From IMG/VR virus record IMGVR_UViG_3300028920_000059, positions 21,789 to 85,788 of that record: a stretch of 64,000 nt of DNA; one strand, 5' to 3'. Below are positions 16,806-27,199 of this stretch, piece by piece. Source of the DNA: a virus. The notes beneath the pieces are model-generated. The model did no database searches, was not told where the DNA came from, and saw nothing but the letters and a program-made list of their open reading frames with translations. Made by a program: the position numbers and the translations under genes. How positions within the stretch are numbered: the stretch's first letter is position 1; the number at the start of each line of letters is the position of its first letter.

Positions 16806-18198
16806 TGGATTGTTCTTTCTTCTGATACCAGTTGCCGTCTACCGGAGTGACCTCCGCTTCGACCTCAAGTGGGACGTTGATCCACGACCATGCTTCCTTC
16901 AAGCGCCGGACCATTACATCCTGGGCCATTCCTAAGAAGTCGTCCAGCTCCTCCATTGGGATGTCTCCGATTACGCTATCGTGAATCTGACCGACCAGTA
17001 GCGATTCCATCTTCTGCTTTTCGATCTCGTCTTGGATCCCGATCAGCGACTTGAGCAGACAGTGAAAGGCAGATCCCTGGACGGGATAGTTGATGATTTC
17101 GTTGCGCTTCATCCACCCTTGGCAGATAAAGCCGGTAAGCGTTTTCATCCAACCGCGATCGTTGTACTCCCGGACCCACTTTTTCTTCCAACGGTCATAG
17201 ATCGGGAAGCGTTTGGTCCAGAACTCCTTTTCAACCTGCTGGATGTGTCGCTCCATGGTTCCTTTACGTGGCTTCTCTCTCGGGTCGCAGTCGCCTCGCT
17301 CCCTGATTCCCTTAGAGCGCAGGTGCTCTTTGAGACTCGTCCCGTCTCTTAGCTGTAAGTCCAGCTGGTCGATAGCATCCCAGAGGCTCTTAGCGCAGTC
17401 GATATACCAGTCACCGTAGAACTGGGGGAACACAAACATATTCTTACCGCAGTAGCGAATCTGCTTAGCTCGTTTATCGGACGGGACCATTTCATCTAGT
17501 GGTAGACGGAAGCACTCCATCGCCATATCGCGGTGCATGTCCTTAGTTTTATCTTCAAGATACTCTAGCATCGTTGGATCTTGGTGGTAGCAGGCGGCGA
17601 TACAGACTTCAATGCCACTATAGTCAAGCTCAACGAGACAACGACCTGGTCGTGCAATGAAGGCCTGACGAATTAGCTTGGCAATCTTAGGATCACGAAT
17701 CGGGATGTTTTGGAAGTTCGGACTGTCCGAGCTAGAGCGATAGGTGCGCGCCATATTGAGATTGAAGCCTGGGTGAAGATACCCGTTGACAACCTCCCGC
17801 TCGATACCCTGCAGGTAGGTCGTGAGACTTTTCTTCATTTTCTTGAGCTGAAGATAGTCCTTCACGAACGGGTTGTCAATCTTGGCTAATGCTGTCTCGT
17901 CTGTCTTATATATCTCGTGCTTAGTTTTCTCTCCGGTGTAGCCCATAACTTCAAATAATATGTGACCAAGCTGCTGGCCACTATCCACATTGGTCGCGCC
18001 TTTGTATTCCCGCTTCCATATCTTCAGTATCTCGGACGTTTCAAGCTTCTCGGTAGTTCGATTGATTCGCCGTCGAAGTCGTCGCTGCGCTTTGGCCAGA
18101 TAGCTCGTGTCGATCCGGATACCATTCGCTTCGATCTTGGCTAACGTGATCGACCCGTCGTGGAGTAGCTGGTAGGCTTCCTTAGAGTAGGGAATCAT
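16795..18198 (-). CDS. family A DNA polymerase, polymerase domain (split)
   Basis: TYRSSSDSPNFQNIP, motif A DYSGIE, motif B K..FVFPQFYG, NYPVQG, motif C QIHDS. Confidence 0.93.
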   Translation of the reverse strand: MIPYSKEAYQLLHDGSITLAKIEANGIRIDTSYLAKAQRRLRRRINRTTEKLETSEILKIWKREYKGATNVDSGQQLGHILFEVMGYTGEKTKHEIYKTDETALAKIDNPFVKDYLQLKKMKKSLTTYLQGIEREVVNGYLHPGFNLNMARTYRSSSDSPNFQNIPIRDPKIAKLIRQAFIARPGRCLVELDYSGIEVCIAACYHQDPTMLEYLEDKTKDMHRDMAMECFRLPLDEMVPSDKRAKQIRYCGKNMFVFPQFYGDWYIDCAKSLWDAIDQLDLQLRDGTSLKEHLRSKGIRERGDCDPREKPRKGTMERHIQQVEKEFWTKRFPIYDRWKKKWVREYNDRGWMKTLTGFICQGWMKRNEIINYPVQGSAFHCLLKSLIGIQDEIEKQKMESLLVGQIHDSVIGDIPMEELDDFLGMAQDVMVRRLKEAWSWINVPLEVEAEVTPVDGNWYQKKEQSIAG

Positions 18199-19403
18199 CG
18201 GAGTGCTTCCATCTGGCGCTGGGCTACGTGATACTCCAAGAGAGAATCAAGCCCGTTGTAAAGTAAGAGGTCCTCTTGGTTGATGTCGTTGATTCGATTG
18301 AGATTGTTCGCGCCTCTTTCACCTTCGCCTTTTAGGTATGATAATACGTGCGATGAATAGTCACTGATTCCAAGATATACGAACGCTTGGAACTTGATCG
18401 ACGTGATACCGGAGCGATTATCAATGCAGTGTGCTGCCAGCATCGTATCCCAATGCCAGCCTACGACTCCGTGGCCAAGCTTAGCTCTCGTCCAGCGTTC
18501 CTCAAACTTGAGATTGGATGCGATCTTGAGTAGCTTGGGCTTGCGAAGTATTTTGCTAACGAGACGCCGCACGCCCTTGGTAAATGGGATGGCGAAAGTG
18601 TCCTCCCCATCGAGGCAGAAACTGACCGATACGATCCGCTGTTCGACTCTCTCTGGTTTCAGGCCCGTCGTTTCGTAGTCCCAAGCCAATTGGCCTTCAC
18701 ACTTGAGGAGCTCCCGGAGACGCTTCTTGGCCTGCCCTTCTTGGGTGATAATCTCAACTTCTGATTGAAGATCAGCAAGCGTCGGCGCTGTTCGCGGGAT
18801 CCCTTCCATGTGGAGACTGACGGCGCGGAGTAGCTGCTCCTTGAAGATCAACTCAAGCAGCTGATCGCCATCGGATCGAAGCACGTAGCTCGGGTGGAAT
18901 ACCGGGCAGACCCATGCGTTGTATTCATGACATGGGATCGTCCAGCCTACCCATTTGGAGATGGAGTCAACTCCCTTTTTCCAGAGCGGGGTGATGAGCG
19001 ATTCCACAGCGGACTTCCCGAGCGGAATGATCACTTCTGGTTGCAGTTCTTGGATAGCCTGGAGGAGAGCCGGTCGGCATGCCTTGATATACTTCGGGTC
19101 GATCTTGTTTTCGGGTGGTCGACAGGTAACGGCGTTGGTTATCCAGCAGTCATCTAAATCAACCCCGATGTCCTCCAAGAAGCCCCGAAGCAGCTGACCG
19201 GCCTTCCCGACAAATTGGGTGCCCTGTCGATCCTCCTGCTCACCTGGCGCTTCGCCAACGAAGAGGATCTTGCGCTTCCCTTTTCCGGATGGCTTCATCT
19301 TCGGACTGAAGCAGCCTTTCGATAGACCACACAGCCCACACTGGGATGACTTTGGCTCTGCTACGACTTTTCGATTCCAGGAGGAGGCGGGGAGGAGGCT
19401 CAT
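18195..19403 (-). CDS. family-4 uracil-DNA glycosylase fused to 3'-5' exonuclease (N-terminal part of split PolA)
   Basis: Fe-S cysteines, VGEAPG.QED..G..FVGKAG, HPSY; ExoI DYETTG, ExoII NLKFE, ExoIII YNGLD. Confidence 0.9.
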   Translation of the reverse strand: MSLLPASSWNRKVVAEPKSSQCGLCGLSKGCFSPKMKPSGKGKRKILFVGEAPGEQEDRQGTQFVGKAGQLLRGFLEDIGVDLDDCWITNAVTCRPPENKIDPKYIKACRPALLQAIQELQPEVIIPLGKSAVESLITPLWKKGVDSISKWVGWTIPCHEYNAWVCPVFHPSYVLRSDGDQLLELIFKEQLLRAVSLHMEGIPRTAPTLADLQSEVEIITQEGQAKKRLRELLKCEGQLAWDYETTGLKPERVEQRIVSVSFCLDGEDTFAIPFTKGVRRLVSKILRKPKLLKIASNLKFEERWTRAKLGHGVVGWHWDTMLAAHCIDNRSGITSIKFQAFVYLGISDYSSHVLSYLKGEGERGANNLNRINDINQEDLLLYNGLDSLLEYHVAQRQMEALR

Positions 19404-19407
19404 TGAA

Positions 19408-20424
19408 TCAGGAACCCTTGTTCAGCGCGACTACGAACTGAATACCCTCCGCTTCCATCTTCATCTTTACCTCGGGAATAATGAGTACCGTCCTCGCACG
19501 CTGGAGTATCTCCGTCAGGAATACTGGCTGAACGTCGAAAATCATATCAGGCCCGTCGTATTTGATCTTGCGCGTCTCGCGGTACCAACCAACATCCTTG
19601 CGTGCCTCCATCACGAACTGCCGATCTTCCAGCTGGACGCGGACATAGGGATCGTCCTGTGCGTCAATCATGATGGCAGTACGCGTGATGGTCTCATTGA
19701 GATTCGGCGGGAATTTGACTTCCGTCGCGCCGTCCATCTCCAGCAGCTGATCCAGCTCGGTGTGGTATGGTTCGTAGGAGCAACGAACCGAGACGATCTG
19801 CTTGGCTCCGGTACGGAAGTGGATCCACCCGTCCGAGATGGAGACACGCTTCATCTTGAGCTTACCAAGACGTAGCAGCGAGGCGCCGGGTACCAGAATC
19901 TCATCCTGGAAGCCCGTAGAGATTGAAGCGCGATAGAAGCGCCAGTTATCGCAGGCTTCCACGAGATCCGGAGAGACGTGGACCATTGTTGACAACTCCT
20001 CGTTGGCGTTCCGGCCGCAGGTTCTGGCCGCCTGCTGAAGATGACCAGAGACCTCCTCGGCCAGCTTGGACCACTTACCGGGCGCTGGAACTGCGTCGTA
20101 GGGCAGGTTGATCTCTGCCTGTGCGGTAATACCGGCGCTCCGTCGCTTACCCTTGATTACCATCTCGGTATCGGTCGAGTTGACTTCCAGCTCATCGTCT
20201 GGCATACCCTCAACTACTTTGATCAGCTCGTTAGCCAAGACGGCAAGAGTGATCGCTTCTGGTAGCGGCGATGGGGACCTGGTCATAATCTCATCGTTGA
20301 ATGTGATGAGATCGCTGCCGGCGAATATGATGCAGTTACTCTGCTCTAGTGTTTCGTAGCGGCTAGCGACTCCCAGGGACGCGAAGTAAAGGGCCTCAAT
20401 GAACTTCTTACGGTTGACTTTCAT
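19408..20424 (-). CDS. DNA sliding clamp (beta-like)
   Basis: 338 aa with alternating beta/alpha pattern; VEACDNWR (cf. VATDGHR); clamp-loader context. Confidence 0.65.
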   Translation of the reverse strand: MKVNRKKFIEALYFASLGVASRYETLEQSNCIIFAGSDLITFNDEIMTRSPSPLPEAITLAVLANELIKVVEGMPDDELEVNSTDTEMVIKGKRRSAGITAQAEINLPYDAVPAPGKWSKLAEEVSGHLQQAARTCGRNANEELSTMVHVSPDLVEACDNWRFYRASISTGFQDEILVPGASLLRLGKLKMKRVSISDGWIHFRTGAKQIVSVRCSYEPYHTELDQLLEMDGATEVKFPPNLNETITRTAIMIDAQDDPYVRVQLEDRQFVMEARKDVGWYRETRKIKYDGPDMIFDVQPVFLTEILQRARTVLIIPEVKMKMEAEGIQFVVALNKGS

Positions 20425-20470
20425 CTGATCTATCTCCTATCTATATTTCTCACTCGGCTCGGTATTGAAT

Positions 20471-20503
20471 AAAAATGGGAGACACTTACGTGCCTCCCAT
20501 TTT
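20471..20503. terminator. intrinsic terminator-like hairpin
   Basis: AAAATGGGAG-loop-CTCCCATTTT, T-tail on the minus strand. Confidence 0.65.
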
Positions 20504-20524
20504 CGACTCGTGGGGGCTATACGG

Positions 20525-21055
20525 TCACTTTTCCAGGATGGTGATGGTCCCGTCTGAGTCAAGGCTCAGGACGTTGGCAGCCTGCAGGGCCTTCGCCGCG
20601 CGAGTAGCGTAGCGATAGCCGTTCTGTTTGCTGAACGGGCTTTCCCGTCCGCCGGCGGCGAGGTAGTTCTTGATAGCCAGCTTGCCGGCCTCCTTCAGAT
20701 TCCTGGAGTGGAGGACGGCCTTGGCCCCAATCTCCATCCAGTTGGGTCGCTTGCCCTTCTCCTTGTCGCTGGTGGAGCCGCTGGATGGCTTGTCGTCGCT
20801 GCTCTTGGGCTTGGCCTTCTTGCCCTTCGGGGTCTCCTTGACAGCGCTTGTCGGCGATTCCTCGGCGTCCTGGGTGTCGAGCAGCTCCAGGTCTACCAGC
20901 AGCTGGGTCTCATCAGAGTTGAGGGTGTCGGGGATACCGGTTTTGGGCAGGAAGCGCTGTAGCTTCTTGACGGCCCTCTCGGCGCTGATCTTGGTCGTAT
21001 GGGGCGCGCCGATCTTATCGAGGATCCCCAAGACGACTGAACGCTTGATGCTCAT
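20525..21055 (-). CDS. basic hypothetical protein
   Basis: AAGGAG RBS, own upstream motif and downstream terminator. Confidence 0.65.
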   Translation of the reverse strand: MSIKRSVVLGILDKIGAPHTTKISAERAVKKLQRFLPKTGIPDTLNSDETQLLVDLELLDTQDAEESPTSAVKETPKGKKAKPKSSDDKPSSGSTSDKEKGKRPNWMEIGAKAVLHSRNLKEAGKLAIKNYLAAGGRESPFSKQNGYRYATRAAKALQAANVLSLDSDGTITILEK

Positions 21056-21117
21056 GGTTGACTCTCCTTGGTGAGTGGGTTTGTATTCTATTATCGCAAG
21101 TCAAACATTATTATGAC

Positions 21118-22527
21118 CTAGAGGGTCCCACAGTAGAAAGCGTGCCCGATAGCGAGGCATTGACCAACCCAGAGACACTGAAAGGTATTGAAAGGATTTT
21201 CTCGCAATACGATCCAGTTCAATCGCATGACGTTATGAGTCTTTTCCTGAGGCGTTTGATTCAACCCAAGCATCCCAGTTACGTGGGCCAGCTTGCGTTT
21301 ATCCTCGCTGAAGTTCTTGGCCGATTGCGTACGGAGATCATAACTAGCGGCATCAGCTTGGGTCGGTGCGATTACGAGACAGTGGCGCTCTTGGCTCAAA
21401 CGCCGAAGCGCCTTCCACGTCTCGTTGACTTGGTCGCGGGTGGTATGCGACGGGTCTTCTGGGGCAAGGATATCTGCATAATCAATGATAATCACATCGG
21501 GGATAAATCCCTCCGACATCTCCCAACGATCCAGCACGCTCATGACTCCGCGCACGTTGATGGAACTATTTGCGTGGACGCTTACCTTTAGATATGACTT
21601 ATCGGGATTGAGACCGTAGCTGCGCTTCATCCTCTTGACTGCTCTGAGACATGCCTGCTCGGTAAGGTGATGTTTGAATAAGCGGGTACTATTCTCAACG
21701 CCGACTTCATCCTCATCCGTCGCTGGCTTGATGATTTTGATCGGTGCTCGTATCTCTCCGCACAGCTCCTTCTTGAATGGGCGTGATGCGAAGTACATTC
21801 CAAGACGCTGCATGACTTGTAATTCGCTCAGGTCACCGACTTGGAAGAAAGCAACGCGGCGCCGATTTCGTAGTGCGCGGGCCACGAATTCAATGCACCA
21901 GAAGGTCTTGCCACGCTTCTCTGGTCCTTGGATCCCGATCAGCGCATCGCGAACCAGCGCGTGGTTCAAGAAGCGCCCGGCGTCACCTGGGAATTCAATT
22001 AGTGGATCCGCCGCCTCGCTGAAGCATCGCTCCCACGCGCCTTCATCTCGGAGCGGGTCAATCCCTAGTGATGTCAACATCTCTACTGGACGATAGTTGA
22101 GGACGGCTTGTCGCGCTTCTTCAGCGCGGCCGACTTGGAGGGCTTGGTCTACCGTATCCTGTAGATGCTGAAGGCTCCGGCGCTCCAGGAAGCCGCGCAG
22201 TTGGTCCAAGAGATATGGGATGTTGACTGGATCTTCATCTTCAAAGTCCTCCGAGAGGTCCTCTAAGAGGTCTTCAATCGCTTGAGCGTCTGGCGAGTCC
22301 TCGTGATCTTCCGCCCATGCGTAGAAGATGGATTCAATGTTTTGCTTCGGCGCCTTCTGGTATGTATTGAAGTATTCTAAGCACCAGGTAGCGATGAATC
22401 GGAAGTGGGAGGCTTGGATGAGGGAAATATCTAATACGGGAACGGCTTGACTCAAGAAGTCAGTCGATGATATAAGCGCCGCGAGTAGACGGCGCTCAAC
22501 TTGGCTGTCTATTCGCTGGCGTTTCAT
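21118..22527 (-). CDS. DnaB-like replicative helicase
   Basis: Walker A GPEKRGKT, IIIDYADIL, PTQA. Confidence 0.85.
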   Translation of the reverse strand: MKRQRIDSQVERRLLAALISSTDFLSQAVPVLDISLIQASHFRFIATWCLEYFNTYQKAPKQNIESIFYAWAEDHEDSPDAQAIEDLLEDLSEDFEDEDPVNIPYLLDQLRGFLERRSLQHLQDTVDQALQVGRAEEARQAVLNYRPVEMLTSLGIDPLRDEGAWERCFSEAADPLIEFPGDAGRFLNHALVRDALIGIQGPEKRGKTFWCIEFVARALRNRRRVAFFQVGDLSELQVMQRLGMYFASRPFKKELCGEIRAPIKIIKPATDEDEVGVENSTRLFKHHLTEQACLRAVKRMKRSYGLNPDKSYLKVSVHANSSINVRGVMSVLDRWEMSEGFIPDVIIIDYADILAPEDPSHTTRDQVNETWKALRRLSQERHCLVIAPTQADAASYDLRTQSAKNFSEDKRKLAHVTGMLGLNQTPQEKTHNVMRLNWIVLRENPFNTFQCLWVGQCLAIGHAFYCGTL

Positions 22528-23336
22528 TCTTCAACAACTTCCTCGCTAATCAGTTTGCCGTCCTTATCAAAGTTCTTGACTCGGAAGCGGGTTCCATTCT
22601 GTTTATCGCCGTTCTTCGGCTTTGAGAGACGGAGCATCGCATCCTCAATGCGGATGAACTTCTGCCGAAAGGCGTTCCCGCTATATGCGACTGGTACGAA
22701 GTCATCATTAGACCGAATGACGTCCCCCTTTCGGATATGGGCGCAGTACCATTTGAGAACTTTGCGGATCCGCGGAATTTCAACTCCGTCCCGAGTATGT
22801 AGTTTATGGAATGATAAAGCCCACTGGCCTAGAGATGAACTATGGGAGACTTTTCGAACCTCGCTAATGGCCTCGTTGAGATGGGTTGCAAACTTTTTCC
22901 ATCTCGGATGACTTTTAGGATTCTTTCTACCCGGAGCCTCTGGCTCCGGGTTATTATTAATATCTTTATTAATATTAATAGGCACGTCATGGGTGACGTG
23001 TCTGCATAGACATCCATGACGTGTCTGAATTCGGGACCATGTCGTTGCAAGAAGGCGCCGACGGCCTGTAAAGCCCGTTTGTTGAACTAGCTCCAGCTCC
23101 TTCAATTTGGCGATCATTCGCTGGACCTGTCGATCTTCTACCCCAATGTATTTTCCAAGATAGCCGTTTGAAGCATAGCAGTCTTTTCCGCTAATATTGA
23201 CCAGCGAGTCAATCACCATCAATAGGATGGCTTCCTTGCAGGTGATCGTTTGCGCTTCGATCAATTCAAATATTTCCGGACGCATCCAACAGCCGCGGAA
23301 GTACGGATGCTGCTTTCCCATCTTAGGACTCCTCAA
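22524..23336 (-). CDS. phage replication initiator (N-terminal HTH)
   Basis: CYASNGYLG...RQVQRMIAKL HTH motif; lies between primase and helicase. Confidence 0.7.
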   Translation of the reverse strand: MRSPKMGKQHPYFRGCWMRPEIFELIEAQTITCKEAILLMVIDSLVNISGKDCYASNGYLGKYIGVEDRQVQRMIAKLKELELVQQTGFTGRRRLLATTWSRIQTRHGCLCRHVTHDVPININKDINNNPEPEAPGRKNPKSHPRWKKFATHLNEAISEVRKVSHSSSLGQWALSFHKLHTRDGVEIPRIRKVLKWYCAHIRKGDVIRSNDDFVPVAYSGNAFRQKFIRIEDAMLRLSKPKNGDKQNGTRFRVKNFDKDGKLISEEVVEE

Positions 23337-24222
23337 GAAGTTGTTTCATTATCGCGTCGGCCTCACGCTGGGGAAGGTCGCCGGGATCGGAGCCTAGTTC
23401 CGTGACCAGCTCTACGTTACCGTCATACATACTCAACCAGAAGGCGAGGCGCACGGCGCGCTTCTGCGCTTCTGGCTCGGGATCAAAGATGATGAAGCGG
23501 CGCCGATAGTCTTTCAAGATGACTGCTTGCTCACGCGTCCAGTCAATCCCGAGAGTAGCGACGGCGCCTGGGCCAAACTTCCAGACATCGGCTGGACCCT
23601 CTACTATAACGACCGTATCAGTACAGTACTGGAGGCCATAGATGACTTCTCGTGGATCCGCACGGAGCTGGTCATTCGCAGGCATGCGATACTTCGGTTC
23701 AATATCTCGGATCGTTCGGCCGCAGTAGGCCATTGTTTCACCATCAGCATTATTGATCGGGAAAACAATGCGCCAACTCCATGCGCGTCCGGAGAGATGA
23801 GCCGTTCCCTGAAGGTCCCACAGCTCCTCCAACTTCTCGGGATTGAATCCTCGACGCTGGAGATACCTCCGGTGGGCATTTTTCATTGGCCCAATGCCTG
23901 GTGGCGTCCAGAGCTTGCGCTTTCTTGGATTGATTTTAGGTTTAGGCGCTTCGATTGGGATGAAGTCCGTTTGGTACTTGCGGAACATCGCTTTGGCTAT
24001 CTTCTCCGAATGAAGAAGCGCACGGAGTACTGAAAGAATCTTTATCGAACCACAACGCCAGCAGTTGAAGTAGCCCTTGCCGATATTGTAGCCGAGGTGC
24101 CAGCCACGGGTTCCATCCGTACAGAAGGGGCAGTGCGTCTGGATGTATCTACGCCCCTCGTACTGCCCCTCCTCTTTATGGGGGATCCCGTTATCCCGAA
24201 CGAATGAGAGAAAGTCAAACAA
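23323..24222 (-). CDS. DnaG-like primase
   Basis: CPFC...CWRC zinc finger, RIVFPI, TOPRIM IVEGPAD, FDPE. Confidence 0.85.
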   Translation of the reverse strand: MFDFLSFVRDNGIPHKEEGQYEGRRYIQTHCPFCTDGTRGWHLGYNIGKGYFNCWRCGSIKILSVLRALLHSEKIAKAMFRKYQTDFIPIEAPKPKINPRKRKLWTPPGIGPMKNAHRRYLQRRGFNPEKLEELWDLQGTAHLSGRAWSWRIVFPINNADGETMAYCGRTIRDIEPKYRMPANDQLRADPREVIYGLQYCTDTVVIVEGPADVWKFGPGAVATLGIDWTREQAVILKDYRRRFIIFDPEPEAQKRAVRLAFWLSMYDGNVELVTELGSDPGDLPQREADAIMKQLLEES

Positions 24223-24394
24223 GGGTGGCTTCTACAAATTTTTCCATACTTTCCATGATGACATCTCGCATCGTGCGTTCGGACACGAAGCAAGCAAGCC
24301 TAAAATTATCTTTCAGCTCGGTTGGGATGTTCCAGATCAGGATGGACTTCACGTCCTTCTTGCTCTTTTGCTTATGCTGTTTCTTTGAAGCCAT
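24215..24394 (-). CDS. small ribbon-helix-helix-like protein
   Basis: ILIWNIPTELKDNFR.AC...TMRDVI. Confidence 0.55.
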   Translation of the reverse strand: MASKKQHKQKSKKDVKSILIWNIPTELKDNFRLACFVSERTMRDVIMESMEKFVEATLV

Positions 24395-25805
24395 TTTGTT
24401 TCCCCCTGTGTTTGAATAATTCAACGGGACAGAAGTCCCCATCCAGAACCTTCTGTCTTATATCGTAGTTGCTCTGAAGAAGGTCCAGAGTGCCTTCTTC
24501 AATCGTATCTTTGGCGATCATGTAGAACACGTTGACGATAGATGCATCTTGTCCGATTCTGAGCGCACGGTCCTCAGCTTGTTCGTGCTTGCTCCAGCGA
24601 TACCATAGCTCAAGAAAGACGACAGTTGACGCCGCATCTTGAAGCCCATCAAGCCCTTCGCCCGATGCTTTGATCTGTCCAGCGAATACTCGACAGCTGG
24701 GATCATTCTGGAATCGCTCGACCTCGGCTTGGCGATTGCGCGTTCCGCCGGCGATTGAGGCGCAGGTTGGGAATAGCTTTTTGATCTCGGCAAGAATCCG
24801 ACGATGGATACAGAACACGATCAGCTTCTCACCGGTTGCAAGAAAGTCCTCGGCCCAGTTCTTGAATGACTTCAACTTCCCTTCGGCTGCGACTCGTTTG
24901 AGTGCACCCATCTTGGTGAGACCGATAGCTGCCGACGCACGTTTCGCTGCGTCTTGGCCTTGATTTTCTTCGACCCAGTCCAAGTAGTTGTTCTCTGCTC
25001 TACGATACTCTCGTTGGTTGGAGAGTCGGATGGGGAGGATCGTGCGAATCTTTGGCGGTAATTCCTTGGCTACTTCGGACTTCATTCTACGAATCATAAA
25101 GGGCTGGATGCGCTCGTGAAGTTCCTCAAGATTGTCGTGGCCAGAAAAGTCCCAGCCTCGGCCTCGAAATGCTTTCTTGGGATTGCAGTATTGTTGGACG
25201 TAGCGCCAGAAGGAGCTGAACTCCCGTGGCGCAACGATGTTGAGCGTCGTGAAGAACTCAACCGGAGCGGCATCGATAGGTGTTCCACTCGCCGCGATGA
25301 CGTAGGGAATGCCTCGACAGAGTTGTTGGACAGCCATCGTCCTGAGCGCCGACCGTTCTTTGATACAATGGCACTCATCGATGATGACTAGCTGCGGCTG
25401 CCCGAGACGGAGATGATCAACCCAAGGAAAGGCCTTTGGCTTGGCCCGTTTGGTCCGCTTGCCATTTGGCCAGAGCGCATGGGCGAGGATCGTGTAGTTG
25501 ATAACGACGATATGGCAGCCGACTTTATAGGGCTTCTGTCCCTCCGCGACACCGGCTTGTAGACCTGCGTGCGTCGACATCTGATTCTGCCAATGGTATT
25601 TCACCTGGGCAGGACAAACGACGACTACACGCTTTATCTCGGGGTGGATAGCCAGCCAGCCAATTGCCTCTAGGGTCTTACCCAGCCCCATATCGTCACC
25701 AAGCACGAACCGCCCGCCAGCCGCCTCAATAGCTCTCACGCCCTGAACCTGATAGCGTTTGGGCGTGGTATGAAGGACGGTTCGGAGTTGCGTTCCTACA
25801 GACAA
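24372..25805 (-). CDS. SNF2/HARP-like helicase
   Basis: DDMGLGKT, DECH, SGTP, QAEDRALRIGQ. Confidence 0.92.
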   Translation of the reverse strand: MSVGTQLRTVLHTTPKRYQVQGVRAIEAAGGRFVLGDDMGLGKTLEAIGWLAIHPEIKRVVVVCPAQVKYHWQNQMSTHAGLQAGVAEGQKPYKVGCHIVVINYTILAHALWPNGKRTKRAKPKAFPWVDHLRLGQPQLVIIDECHCIKERSALRTMAVQQLCRGIPYVIAASGTPIDAAPVEFFTTLNIVAPREFSSFWRYVQQYCNPKKAFRGRGWDFSGHDNLEELHERIQPFMIRRMKSEVAKELPPKIRTILPIRLSNQREYRRAENNYLDWVEENQGQDAAKRASAAIGLTKMGALKRVAAEGKLKSFKNWAEDFLATGEKLIVFCIHRRILAEIKKLFPTCASIAGGTRNRQAEVERFQNDPSCRVFAGQIKASGEGLDGLQDAASTVVFLELWYRWSKHEQAEDRALRIGQDASIVNVFYMIAKDTIEEGTLDLLQSNYDIRQKVLDGDFCPVELFKHRGKQNGFKETA

Positions 25806-26353
25806 GCTTGGATCTCACTGAATGCTGTATCTATCTTTTCAGGATGCCAGTCGGCTACATCGATGAGCCACTGGCGAAGGTTCTGTTGCTTGGTTTCGGC
25901 TGAGCGGCCTTGGCACGGGCAAATTTCAAGCCAGAGATCATCCGGCGCTTCCCGAATAATCTGCAGAAGCGCCGCGCACTCCTCGCTGACTTCTAAGAGG
26001 ATTCGTTTGAACCAGTTCTCTTTGACTTCGGCCTCCGGCGCGCAGTTATCGTCCGGACATTGTGATAGAACCTTCTCACGGGTTGACGAGATAGGAAGGG
26101 AGAGATCACGATGGAACGGAATCTTGCCGCGCAGGTAGAGGGTCTTGAGACGCCAGATGATCTTGCACTTGATCCATGCTTCAAAGGACCCGCGCTCGGC
26201 GTTATAGCCGCTCCCCTCTTTGAGTAGAAGGAAAAGAGTTACCTGCGCATCTTCAAGAACATCTCGGAACGGTTGGCCAAGACGGATTGAGACGTAGCGT
26301 GACGCATCTGCGATCACGGGTTGGAGGTCTTGGAATTGCTGGTCGATGGTCAT
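25796..26353 (-). CDS. sigma70/ECF-like phage sigma factor
   Basis: Region-2-like D..EDAQV...YNAERGSFEAWI. Confidence 0.6.
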   Translation of the reverse strand: MTIDQQFQDLQPVIADASRYVSIRLGQPFRDVLEDAQVTLFLLLKEGSGYNAERGSFEAWIKCKIIWRLKTLYLRGKIPFHRDLSLPISSTREKVLSQCPDDNCAPEAEVKENWFKRILLEVSEECAALLQIIREAPDDLWLEICPCQGRSAETKQQNLRQWLIDVADWHPEKIDTAFSEIQACL

Positions 26354-26374
26354 GGTTGATCCTGGGGGAGGGGG

Positions 26375-27199
26375 TTATGGCTGCTTCTGCCAGATGGATG
26401 GTCTATCGTTCCAGATTTTGGTCTTGAGCTTGGCGTATCCTGCGTTGCGCATAACACGCCCGAAGGTACGGCCAGCTGCCTTATTAGGGATTGTGTCGGT
26501 AAGACCAAGGCCTCTGGTGAATAGATAGATGGGGAAGTGACCGATAGCGATACCGGTGAAGCTATTGATTGTGATGATGTACTCCGGCCTATTCTGTTCT
26601 ATAATTTCAAGAACGTGCCGGAACGGGTGCTGGAAGTGCTCAAAGTATTCGCTAGCGAAAACTACGTCAACCGGACCGAGGTTCTCCAATCCAGTAGCCA
26701 TCTCAAATCCTGCCTCGTCTGCAATCTCATTAGCGATTCTATACTGCAGAGTGCCAGGCAGGTTGGTTCCGATAACGTGAGAATCTGGCAACAGCTCCTT
26801 CAGGAAAGCGGTGCTGTATCCAATTCCACAGCCAGCATCGACAACAATTTTGGCTTTATGGATAAGATCGATGACGCTTCGATTTATGAGGGCATTATCT
26901 TTATTCAATGCCTTGATGCTTTTGTTGCTGTAGAGTGCCCAGCAAGCCCACGCTTCGCAGACGTAGTACGGATCCGCATAGACAGAATAGTTTGGCTCCT
27001 CTCCAAGAAGTGAGTCATACCATTTACGCTCCAGCTTCTTGATTGGATGATAAGACGGTAACACCTCAGACGTTCGGATCGACCGGACGTATGAAGCGAT
27101 TACTTCTTCAGCTTCGTTGAGGCTGATCGGGATGTCTGCTTGGAATTTTTCAATCAATTCCAACAGATTGTTGATTTTGGTTTTGTCCCGATAGCTCAC
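26375..27199 (-). CDS. class I SAM-dependent methyltransferase
   Basis: VVDAGCGIG, DVVFASEYFEH. Confidence 0.8.
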   Translation of the reverse strand: MSYRDKTKINNLLELIEKFQADIPISLNEAEEVIASYVRSIRTSEVLPSYHPIKKLERKWYDSLLGEEPNYSVYADPYYVCEAWACWALYSNKSIKALNKDNALINRSVIDLIHKAKIVVDAGCGIGYSTAFLKELLPDSHVIGTNLPGTLQYRIANEIADEAGFEMATGLENLGPVDVVFASEYFEHFQHPFRHVLEIIEQNRPEYIITINSFTGIAIGHFPIYLFTRGLGLTDTIPNKAAGRTFGRVMRNAGYAKLKTKIWNDRPSIWQKQP

